Positions 56,063-64,000 of a stretch of 64,000 nucleotides of DNA are shown here, piece by piece (position 1 is the first letter of the stretch; each line of letters starts with the position of its first letter). This DNA comes from Candidatus Parcubacteria bacterium (GTDB taxonomy: Bacteria; Patescibacteriota; Minisyncoccia; UBA6257; HR35). A program made the translations under genes and the position numbers. The DNA is taken from the NCBI GenBank assembly GCA_026004495.1, contig BPJG01000001.1, positions 2,672-66,671 on the forward strand. Direction: 5' to 3'. The notes beneath the pieces are model-generated. The model had not been told where the DNA came from, searched no databases, and saw nothing but the letters and a program-made list of their open reading frames with translations.

Positions 56063-56966
56063 TTTAATAATAGTTGGCGGAGGTCCAATTGGCTCAAGTA
56101 TTGGTTATTTTATTTCTCAAGATAAAGATAAATTTAATTTAAACAAAATTGCTCTTATTCAAAAAGAACCAGATGTTTATGATGGCATTGCTTATCTTAA
56201 TGCTGGCGGAAGTATTAGATGGTATTTTGAAGATGAGGAAATAAGAGATAATACAAGAAAAACTGCTGAGTTTATTTTGAGTCTCAAAGATAAAGTTGAT
56301 TTAAATTTGATTGAAGATAATTATTTTTTTGTTCATAAAGGAATTTTTGTACCGAGTATAAATATTGCTGGAGGTAAGTTAGTAAATTATTTTAAGAAAG
56401 TAACTGAAAAAAATGGTGTTGAAATTTTTAATTCAAGTGAATTTCAAAAAATTGAAAAAGGTGGCGAAATTTATAAAATAATCACAAACAAGGGAGAATT
56501 TTGGGCTGATAAAGTTATCTTTGCCATGGGTTATAAAAATAAAGAATATCTCGATGTTCCTATTGAAATCGAAAAAAGACAGCTTTTTATTTTAAATTTA
56601 GAAGTCAAAGAGGAGCAACTTAAAATACCACATACAATAATAAGATTTAGAGATGGTATTATCTATTACTTTTTAAAAAAATTTGATTATGGCTATCGAA
56701 TAGTTTTAGGCCAAGAAGAAATTATTGAACATAGTTTAGAACCAAAATCTGAAAATTATTTTAAAGATTTACTTTCAATGGGTCTAGGTGATGTTTTGCC
56801 GTTTTTAAAAAAAGCAGAAGTTGAAAAAATTCTTTGGGGGTATGATACAACTAATAAAAAACCTCTAATATATGAATACGATAAAAATGTTTTCGCCGTA
56901 AATTGCGGAAGTGCATTAAGATCGTTAATAGGAATAATTGAACAAGTCTTAAAAAAACTTAAATGA
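56043..56966 (+). CDS. FAD-dependent oxidoreductase (DAO-like)
   Basis: N-terminal YDLIIVGGGPIGSSIGY dinucleotide-binding motif. Confidence 0.5.
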   Translation: MTNLKYDLIIVGGGPIGSSIGYFISQDKDKFNLNKIALIQKEPDVYDGIAYLNAGGSIRWYFEDEEIRDNTRKTAEFILSLKDKVDLNLIEDNYFFVHKGIFVPSINIAGGKLVNYFKKVTEKNGVEIFNSSEFQKIEKGGEIYKIITNKGEFWADKVIFAMGYKNKEYLDVPIEIEKRQLFILNLEVKEEQLKIPHTIIRFRDGIIYYFLKKFDYGYRIVLGQEEIIEHSLEPKSENYFKDLLSMGLGDVLPFLKKAEVEKILWGYDTTNKKPLIYEYDKNVFAVNCGSALRSLIGIIEQVLKKLK

Positions 56967-57268
56967 TATTTGTTTATATAACTAATCCCAATCGAAAAAC
57001 TGCTTTGATAATTTCTCAAAAGCTTTTAAATCAAAAACTTATTGGTTGCGCTAATATTCTTCCAATCCAAAGTTTATATTGGTGGCAAGGAAAAATTGTT
57101 AAAGATAAAGAATATGTTTTAATTGCTAAAACTCTTGAGAAAAATTATAAAAAAATAAAAGAAGCTGTTGAGAAAATTCATCCTTATTCAGTCCCATGTA
57201 TTTTGAAAATTAAAATCGATGAGGTAAATAAAAAATATTTTAAATGGCTTAAAGAAATAGTGAAATAA
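56963..57268 (+). CDS. cutA: Divalent-cation tolerance protein CutA
   Basis: CutA1 signature ...GCANILPIQSLYWWQGKI...HPYSVPCIL. Confidence 0.8.
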   Translation: MIFVYITNPNRKTALIISQKLLNQKLIGCANILPIQSLYWWQGKIVKDKEYVLIAKTLEKNYKKIKEAVEKIHPYSVPCILKIKIDEVNKKYFKWLKEIVK

Positions 57269-57627
57269 GAATAATAAAAAAATATTTAAATATTTATTTT
57301 TTTTAGGAAGATTGATTTTATTTCTATATTTATTATCACTAAAAATCAATAAAATAAAACTAAAAATCTTAAACCTTATAGAATAAATTATCAAAAATAT
57401 CTTGAAAAATTTAAGTTGATCTAATGCAATTTAATTATATAAAATTAATCTTAAATAAATATATGCCATTTGATAAATCTTTATAAAAAATTACATTGTA
57501 TTAGATTACAAAAAAAATTGATGAACTAGATTTTACTGGAAGATTTAAATTAAAGATAGATAAAAATTAAAAAATTTTATTAAGAATAATATATCACAGG
57601 TTTCTATTTTGCTAAATTTAATATTTA

Positions 57628-59805
57628 TTAATCTCTAATAACAATTTTATTTTCAAAACCTCGTTCTTTTAATAATCTTATTAATTCTTCATCTTTACTA
57701 CTTACAAAGAAGTATCCACCTATTTCTTCTAACTTACCCAAATTTTTTATAGGAGCGTATCTAAAAAAGGCATCACCTCTTATTATTCTTAAATTTCCTA
57801 AATCTTCCACTTTGGAATTTCTAAAAAAAGCATTACCCCTAATTTCCTCTAAGTTTTTTAATGTTTTAATTCTTGATCTTTCAAGAAAGACATGACCTCC
57901 TATTATTCTTAAATTTCCCAGATCTTCTACTTCGGAATTCTTAAAAAAAGCATTACCTCTAATTTCCTCTAAATTTTTTAATGTTTTAATTCTTGATCTT
58001 TCAAAATTGGCATCACCTTCTATTATTCTCAAATTTCCCAGATCTTCTACTTCGGAATTCTTAAAAAAAGCATTACCTCTAATTTCCTCTAAATTTTTTA
58101 ATGTTTTAATTCTTGATCTTTCAAAATGAGTATCACCTCTTATTATTCTCAAATTTCCCAGATCTTCTACTTCGGAATTACTAAAATAAGTATTACCTCC
58201 AATTTCCTCTAAGTTTTTTAATGTTTTAATTCTTGATCTTTCAAAAAAGGCATCACCTCTTATTATTCTTAAATTTCCCAAATCTTCTACTTCGGAATCA
58301 CTAAAATCAGCATTACCTGAGATAAATGTTAGTTTCTTAGGAAAATAAGTCCACTTTTGTGGCATTAGATAGACTAAATAATCATACACAACAACTGTTT
58401 CATCTGTAATTTCAATAGTTTCTGTAGTAATTTGCTCTTCTCGGCAATTAAAAATTTTAGATAAGTCTTTTTTAAGATTTCGTCTTCTTAAAATATTATT
58501 TATTCTTTCATCTATTTCATAGCCAAATCCTACTATATCTCTATCTATTTCATATAAAAATTTTAATTCTTCGAGATCTAATTCTTGATTGTTTAAATAT
58601 TTGATATAAATTTCTGCTAATCTGTTCATATCTTCAGTCGCTTGAAGATATCTTTCTGATCCAGGTAAAATTATTTTTTTTTCTTCTATTTCTAATCCTT
58701 CAGTTAAAGATTTCTTAACAACAGGAGTAATATATTGGTCTAAATTCTGACCCTTAGAAATTCCTCTTATTTCAGTTATTTGATTTAAATTTCTATTAAA
58801 AACTATCGCAACTCTAGGTATCGTAGGATTACCTTCATTATCTTCTGAAAAATAAATATAGATATCGGAGTGTGATAAATAATTTTTTGCCGTTTCTTCA
58901 CCAGCAATACACCAGTTAGTATTAAAACCCCCTATTGCTTTAATTAAATCTTTAGGATTAGAGGCTTGCGAAAACAATTTCCACTTACCTTCAGTAATAA
59001 TTAATTTTTCTTCAGGAAGCTTAAGGCTATTTACGTATTCTAATAACCATGGGTATAGTTTTCTAAAATCTTCAGATTGAATAAGTTTTTGTAATTCTTT
59101 TTGTTGCTCCTCGTTTAAATTTGTTAATCCTGATGGTTCTCCCTTTTCTTTTCTAATAAGTTCATCAATTAAAAGACCTAGGGCTTGTGAATTTAGTTCA
59201 GGAAAGGTAGCAACTGTTGTTTCTGTTCTTTTATTATATTCTTTTCTTATTTCATCATAAGCACCACATCTTAAAACTTCAGCAAAAATCCAATATCTAA
59301 ATTCAGTAGGATAATTTTCAGCCTCAGGAGAAGTTAAATAATCAAACCAAGTATCTAAGCTTCTTTTTTGATCTTCAATTATTTGTTGGATTAATTGTTG
59401 TTTTTCTTGTTCTGGAACTTGATAAGTCTCAAAAGATTGACCTATTCGCTTTTCAAATAACTCAATTACGGCTTGCCTAATTTGTGGTTCTCGTAATTCT
59501 TCTCTTGTATGACCTAATATTTCGGCAAAATTAACCAATAAAACATTTTTAAAATAGTCTGATGGTATATTTTCTGGTTTAATAATAAATTTTTTATAAA
59601 GTATTTGTTTTTTAAATAATTCTTTTCCACTTTCTTTTTTTAGGATATCTATAATTCTTTGAATATAATAAGGAATTTGATCTTTGGGATTAGGAGGAAT
59701 TTTACCTATTTTTCTTTTGCTTGACCTTGATACAGCTTCCCTAAAATCTTCAAACTTCCAATAATTTCTTTTTAAAAATTTTTCTGGCTTAAAAATTTCT
59801 GGCAT
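57628..59805 (-). CDS. Large protein with a C-terminal array of BspA-type leucine-rich repeats (about six 40-aa/120-bp near-identical units) and an uncharacterised N-terminal domain
   Basis: Repeating TLKNLEEIRGNAFFKNSEVEDLGNLRIIRGDAFFERSRIK. The nucleotide repeats are highly similar over ~57700-58320. Confidence 0.6.
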   Translation of the reverse strand: MPEIFKPEKFLKRNYWKFEDFREAVSRSSKRKIGKIPPNPKDQIPYYIQRIIDILKKESGKELFKKQILYKKFIIKPENIPSDYFKNVLLVNFAEILGHTREELREPQIRQAVIELFEKRIGQSFETYQVPEQEKQQLIQQIIEDQKRSLDTWFDYLTSPEAENYPTEFRYWIFAEVLRCGAYDEIRKEYNKRTETTVATFPELNSQALGLLIDELIRKEKGEPSGLTNLNEEQQKELQKLIQSEDFRKLYPWLLEYVNSLKLPEEKLIITEGKWKLFSQASNPKDLIKAIGGFNTNWCIAGEETAKNYLSHSDIYIYFSEDNEGNPTIPRVAIVFNRNLNQITEIRGISKGQNLDQYITPVVKKSLTEGLEIEEKKIILPGSERYLQATEDMNRLAEIYIKYLNNQELDLEELKFLYEIDRDIVGFGYEIDERINNILRRRNLKKDLSKIFNCREEQITTETIEITDETVVVYDYLVYLMPQKWTYFPKKLTFISGNADFSDSEVEDLGNLRIIRGDAFFERSRIKTLKNLEEIGGNTYFSNSEVEDLGNLRIIRGDTHFERSRIKTLKNLEEIRGNAFFKNSEVEDLGNLRIIEGDANFERSRIKTLKNLEEIRGNAFFKNSEVEDLGNLRIIGGHVFLERSRIKTLKNLEEIRGNAFFRNSKVEDLGNLRIIRGDAFFRYAPIKNLGKLEEIGGYFFVSSKDEELIRLLKERGFENKIVIRD
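57700..58320. repeat. 120-bp near-identical tandem repeats (x5-6) encoding the LRR units
   Basis: Visible periodic repetition of '...attacctctaatttcctctaaatttttt aatgttttaattcttgatctttcaa...'. Confidence 0.8.
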
Positions 59806-60355
59806 TTTACGACTTTTTCTGTTAGTTTATAATATATATTTTAAAAGTTATTTTTTAAAAATACCAATTAAAATTAGATTTTAATATTTAATTTATTTTA
59901 AAATTTAATACAAAGATCAAAGCATAATTTAAATAAAAAAATATAATTAAAGGGTAATATTGATAAAATTTGAAATTACTGTTAATATATTTACTCCCTT
60001 AAGATTTAGAACTGATGGCATTATTTTTTCTACTTAAAAAGATTCAACTGATTATAATCTTTAAGCTAAAAAACAATTAATATATATGATAATTATTTAA
60101 TTATGGTACAGCCGATAGTTACTCAGTTATTTAACTATGATACCAATGATTATTGATTACAATAATGTTATAAATATAAAAGTAAAATTTAAAGATATAA
60201 AATCTTGGCTTTTTGTTAACAAAAAAAGTTATTATAAAAATAAAAAATAATGAAATTTTAGAAATAACAAGCTGATGAAATATTAATTTACTCTTAGGTA
60301 GATTTTTTTAATAAAATCTTTTAAAAATTAATTAATTACTTAATTATTAATTAAA

Positions 60356-61327
60356 ATGAATATTTATGAAGCCATAAAAAATTTTAATCAACAGTTTGAA
60401 TATAAACCTAAAATTGAAAATGAAGATAAATTAAAAATTAAATTTTCTAAATTTGTTATTGGTGGAATGGGTGGCTCTAATTTAGCTTCCGATCTGCTTA
60501 AAATTAGAGATCCTTATCTTGATATACTAATTTATCGAAATTATGGTTTACCTAAAATAAATGAAAGAGAATTAAAAGAAAAACTTTTGATTGCTAATTC
60601 TTATTCTGGCGATACCGAAGAGACCATTGATTTTCTTTTGAAAGCAATTGAAAAAAAATTAAATTTAGCAATTATCAGTATTGATGGTAAATTAATTGAA
60701 ATTGCTAAAGACAATAATTTGCCTTATATTCAAATACCAGATATAGGACTTCAACCACGTTATGCTTTAGGATTTAATTTGAAAGCTATTGTTAAACTAA
60801 TTGGTCGTGATGATTTATTAAAAGAATTAGATGAATTAAAAGATTTACTTAAGCCAGAAGAATATAAAGAGAAGGGGAAAGAATTAGCAGAAAAAATTAA
60901 AGGTTATGTTCCAATAATTTATTCTTCAATTGAAAACGTTGGTATTGCCTATAATTGGAAAATCAAATTTAATGAAACTGGCAAAATCCCTGCTTTTTAT
61001 AATATTTTTCCAGAATTAAATCATAATGAGATGGCTGGCTTTGGGGTAAAAGAATTAGTTGAAAAATTTTGTTTCATTATCTTAAAAGATAAAAATGATC
61101 AACTAAGAATTCAAAAAAGAATGGAGATTTTTGAGAAAATATTTACTCAACTTGGTTTTAAAATAGAAATTATAAATTTTGATGGTATTTCTGTTTTTCA
61201 TAAGATTTTCAACACATTAATTTTAGCAGATTGGACAAGTTATTATTTGGCTCTCTATTATTCTCAAAACCCAGAAAAAGTTCCTTTAATTGAAGAATTT
61301 AAAAACCTAATTAAAGAATCTAATTAA
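60356..61327 (+). CDS. Bifunctional phosphoglucose/phosphomannose isomerase (SIS domain, PGI/PMI family)
   Basis: FVIGGMGGSNLASDLL motif and the size (~320 aa) typical of the archaeal-type PGI/PMI family. Confidence 0.65.
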   Translation: MNIYEAIKNFNQQFEYKPKIENEDKLKIKFSKFVIGGMGGSNLASDLLKIRDPYLDILIYRNYGLPKINERELKEKLLIANSYSGDTEETIDFLLKAIEKKLNLAIISIDGKLIEIAKDNNLPYIQIPDIGLQPRYALGFNLKAIVKLIGRDDLLKELDELKDLLKPEEYKEKGKELAEKIKGYVPIIYSSIENVGIAYNWKIKFNETGKIPAFYNIFPELNHNEMAGFGVKELVEKFCFIILKDKNDQLRIQKRMEIFEKIFTQLGFKIEIINFDGISVFHKIFNTLILADWTSYYLALYYSQNPEKVPLIEEFKNLIKESN

Positions 61328-61433
61328 AGAAGACTACTTTTAGATTGTTATCTTTAAAAATGATTTCTTTTATTTTAAAATCAAAATAAATTTGAATTGA
61401 TTTAATTTTTTTCTAATTTATTATAATTTATTT

Positions 61434-62093
61434 ATGGAACCAAAAGTTATTCCTATTTATCATGCTTCTTTTATTTTAAATTGGGGAGAGAAAATTATTT
61501 ATGTTGATCCCGCCTGGGATGAAAAATTATATCAAGATAAACCAAAACCTGATTTAGTTTTAATTACCGATATTCATTTTGATCACTTAGATAATAATGT
61601 TTTAGAAAGTTTAAGCCAAAAGGGTGATTTTGATCTGATTGTACCAAAATCAGTTTATGATGAGCTTTTAGGAAAACTAAAAACTAAAGCAAAAATTTTA
61701 AATAATGGAGAAGAAACAAATTGGGATGATTTTAGGGTTACAGCTTTGCCAATGTATAATCTAACTCCTGAAAGATTACAATTTCATCCAAAAGGAAGAG
61801 GTAATGGCTATTTAATTGAGAAAAATAATTTTCTGGTTTATATTGCTGGAGATACTGAAGATATTCCTGAAATGAGAAATTTGAAAAATATTGATCTTGC
61901 TTTTGCACCAATGAATTTACCCTATACTATGGATGTTGAACAGGCAGTTTCAGCTGTTTTAGAATTCCAGCCGAAAAAAATTTATCCTTATCATTATCGA
62001 GGCGAAAATGGTTTTAGTGATGTTAATAAATTTAAAGAATTAGTTGAGAAAGAAAATAAAAATATTGAAGTAATTTTAGCTAAATGGTATTAA
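61434..62093 (+). CDS. MBL-fold metallo-hydrolase
   Basis: LVLITDIHFDHLD (HxHxDH-like) and downstream Asp/His positions. Confidence 0.5.
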   Translation: MEPKVIPIYHASFILNWGEKIIYVDPAWDEKLYQDKPKPDLVLITDIHFDHLDNNVLESLSQKGDFDLIVPKSVYDELLGKLKTKAKILNNGEETNWDDFRVTALPMYNLTPERLQFHPKGRGNGYLIEKNNFLVYIAGDTEDIPEMRNLKNIDLAFAPMNLPYTMDVEQAVSAVLEFQPKKIYPYHYRGENGFSDVNKFKELVEKENKNIEVILAKWY

Positions 62094-62118
62094 ACTCTTC
62101 TCCCATTTCTTCTCTTAA

Positions 62119-63087
62119 TTATTCTTCTTCTTTTAATTTTCCCTCTATTAACTCCTGAGCTTTTTCTAGAAAAGTATTAGGAAAGTAAATAGCTAATTCT
62201 TTTCTTAAACTTAGATTTAATTGAGGATATTGTTGTTCTAATATATTTAACCTTTCTTTAACTTTCCTTAAAAATTCTTCAGGATTATTAGGTTTTTTAG
62301 GACTAGGAGGATAATTAACGACAGCATGGTTTATTATCCAATAATCTATATCTTGAAATTCAGGATTATTTTTAATTTCTTCAATTTTTGTTTTAAATTT
62401 TCTTAAAAATTCTTCAGGATTAGTAGGATTATGAGTAACAGCATGTTTTATTATCGAATCATCCATATCTTGAAATTCAGGATTGTTTTTAATTTCTTCA
62501 ATGTTTATCTTAACTTTTCTTAAAAATTCTTCAGGATTACTATAATAAACAACAGAACGTTTTATCATCCAATAATCTATATCTGGAAATTTTTGCTCCA
62601 ATTCATCAATTACCCTTGGTGGAAAAATATATACATGGGAAGCAATTTGAAGTATTGTTTTAGGTGTAATTTCATATTTTTCTTTTTCAATTTTTCTTAA
62701 ATAGTGATGCAGTGTACTTCTGAAATTTAAGACATAGCCAGTTATTAAAGTTTCTAAAATTTGTCTAAATTCTTCTTCTGATGTAGGATTTTGGGGTAAA
62801 TCTCCTAGTCTATAAGCAGCCTTGATATTAAATCTTAATCCTTTTTCAAAATATTCTTTTAATTCTTCATTTTCAATTCCTAATTCTTTTGCTAATTCTC
62901 TGATTTTTTCTTCATTATTTTTACCTTCAGGAGTTTGCCTTAATTCTTCTAATAAATTTTCTGCTTGATCTAAATAATCTTTCAATAACTTACTTTCTCC
63001 ACCTCTTGCATTCACTTTTCTTTCTTTTATTTCCTTTCTTATCTCTTCTTGTTTACCTAATCCCTCTTTTGCTTTTTTATATTCCAT
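62119..63087 (-). CDS. Hypothetical protein with ~37-aa internal tandem repeats (NPEEFLRKxK..IEEIKNNPEFQDxD)
   Basis: Three repeat units at the protein and nucleotide level (~62290-62600). Confidence 0.4.
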   Translation of the reverse strand: MEYKKAKEGLGKQEEIRKEIKERKVNARGGESKLLKDYLDQAENLLEELRQTPEGKNNEEKIRELAKELGIENEELKEYFEKGLRFNIKAAYRLGDLPQNPTSEEEFRQILETLITGYVLNFRSTLHHYLRKIEKEKYEITPKTILQIASHVYIFPPRVIDELEQKFPDIDYWMIKRSVVYYSNPEEFLRKVKINIEEIKNNPEFQDMDDSIIKHAVTHNPTNPEEFLRKFKTKIEEIKNNPEFQDIDYWIINHAVVNYPPSPKKPNNPEEFLRKVKERLNILEQQYPQLNLSLRKELAIYFPNTFLEKAQELIEGKLKEEE

Positions 63088-63137
63088 TTAAATATATTAT
63101 AATCTATGATATATAAGAAAACAAAAATTTTAGATAA

Positions 63138-63605
63138 GTGTTATCAAATTTTCAGATGTTAAAACAGAAAAATTTAATTTTTATTTTTAGTTTAATTGGA
63201 TTTTTGGTTGCAAGTTATTTATTTTATATTGAGTTTAAGAATAATTCTCCTATTTGTTTTACTAATTCAAGTTGTGATTTTGTTTTAAAAAGTAAATATA
63301 GTAAATTCTTGGGGTTGCCAGTTGCTTTATGGGGAGTTTTTTATTTTGGAAGTGTCTTAGTTTTGAATTTTTTTGAAAAAACTAGAAATTTATTAAAGAT
63401 TATTTCATTTCTTGGATTTATTTTTGCTCTTTATTTAATTTATCTTCAAGCTATTGTTTTAAAATCTTTTTGCATTTATTGTTTAATAGCTGATATTTCA
63501 TCAATTATTATTTTTTTAATTTTATTTTTAAACATTTTTTTAAAAAATTTAGTTAATTATTTTAAATATGGAAATAAATATCTACAAAAAATCTTTAAAA
63601 GATAG
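63138..63605 (+). CDS. VKOR-family membrane protein (second paralog)
   Basis: CFTNSSCDF loop Cys pair and CIYC in TM4. Four TM segments. Confidence 0.6.
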   Translation: MLSNFQMLKQKNLIFIFSLIGFLVASYLFYIEFKNNSPICFTNSSCDFVLKSKYSKFLGLPVALWGVFYFGSVLVLNFFEKTRNLLKIISFLGFIFALYLIYLQAIVLKSFCIYCLIADISSIIIFLILFLNIFLKNLVNYFKYGNKYLQKIFKR

Positions 63606-64000
63606 AAATTTATTGAAACTGGAAAAGCCAACTCCGGGATCTTGGATTTTTGTTGAAAATTTTAATAAAAATGATATTAATTTTTTAGCTAAAAATTTTA
63701 AAATTAATAGAAATTCCTTAGAAGATGTTATTGATGAATTTACTCAACCACGTTTAGAAATTATAAAAAACTTTTTGTATATTTTTTTAAAAATACCTCA
63801 TTTTGAAAATAATGAAATAAAGCTTTTACCAATTTTAATTATTCTGACCCCTAAATACATTTTTACTATTTTTAATAAAAAAACCAATATTTTTAATTTG
63901 CTTACAAATGATCAAATTAATTTTTTTACTACTCAAAAAACTAAATTTTTTCTTTTAAAATTAAATTTAATAAATAAATCCTATAGAAATTTAGTTGATA
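63568..64000 (+). CDS. corA: CorA-family Mg2+/Co2+ transporter, N-terminal part (3' end beyond the window). Not in the ORF track.
   Basis: MEINIYKKSLKDRNLLKLEKPTPGSWIFVEN ... NSLEDVIDEFTQPRLEIIKNFLYIFLKI matches the conserved CorA N-domain 'LEDxLxxxQRPKxE..xxY.FIVLK' block. Frame open to the window end. Confidence 0.55.
   Translation, partial: MEINIYKKSLKDRNLLKLEKPTPGSWIFVENFNKNDINFLAKNFKINRNSLEDVIDEFTQPRLEIIKNFLYIFLKIPHFENNEIKLLPILIILTPKYIFTIFNKKTNIFNLLTNDQINFFTTQKTKFFLLKLNLINKSYRNLVD

Noticed and set aside
1104-57394. Numerous short ORFs in the six-frame track, embedded in or antisense to larger, motif-supported genes: 1104-1286, 5989-6255, 15238-15513, 17695-17883, 18661-18843, 19202-19513, 19948-20250, 21243-21467, 23729-23923, 33763-33978, 34135-34389, 34732-34995, 35119-35469, 36940-37146, 37627-37920, 41870-42262, 42701-42928, 46859-47167, 52542-52736, 53093-53281, 53376-53567, 55903-56097, 56756-57019 and 57188-57394
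   Set aside because: All are low-complexity translations (poly-K/I/F/L) of AT-rich antisense or out-of-frame sequence, fully overlapped by genes with clear family motifs. None has independent support.
1-64000. Searched for CRISPR arrays, rRNA genes and IS/transposase/integrase genes
   Set aside because: No regularly spaced direct repeats with unique spacers, no rRNA-like conserved blocks and no transposase or integrase motifs were seen. The Cas4-like nuclease is stand-alone. The only mobile-looking signals are the 42-bp direct repeats and the intragenic mini-elements.

Overview
This is a 64-kb, very AT-rich (roughly 28-30% GC) bacterial chromosomal segment, densely coding on both strands. 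The one tRNA (tRNA-Val CAC, minus strand) is bacterial in type. There is no rRNA, no CRISPR array and no recognisable IS or transposase.

Gene content in order:
- A 5'-truncated Type III Res-like helicase-nuclease gene at the window edge.
- A copper/mercury-related island (about 5.3-15.5 kb). It holds a CPH-type P1B ATPase, CsoR, a Met/His-rich membrane protein, a DUF411 protein and an internally deleted MerA remnant. Two copies of a TTGACA-N17-TATAAT promoter carry the same G4-AT-G4 operator.
- Glutamate dehydrogenase and two tandem paralogous secreted proteins, one with two Kazal domains.
- A UV/light module: Bcp, UvdE, photolyase, a UbiA prenyltransferase, CrtI, CrtB and a GGPP synthase.
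- ABC/FtsX exporters, a PQQ-type sugar dehydrogenase, cation transporters, UppP and two VKOR paralogs.
- A tight operon at 46.6-53.9 kb, the main candidate for the undescribed system. It encodes a large beta-class amino-methyltransferase (Mod-like), two uncharacterised small proteins, a DEAH helicase with a C-terminal PD..DxK nuclease (Res-like) and a DUF45/HExxH metallopeptidase. It is followed by tRNA-Val and a Cas4/RecB-like nuclease. I read it as an expanded Type III-like restriction/defence locus; the Res-like protein has a paralog at the window start.
- CutA, a BspA-type LRR protein, PGI/PMI, a partial CorA and others.

The second unusual signal is a family of short GC-rich tandem-repeat mini-elements, (nnACGCAGAC)n often joined to (GTTCGCnnn)n. 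They are inserted in-frame, in all three reading frames, into at least six unrelated genes, including the copper ATPase, gdhA and the sugar dehydrogenase.

At least four genes are split by apparent single-nucleotide deficits in A/T homopolymers. These are most likely sequencing artefacts.
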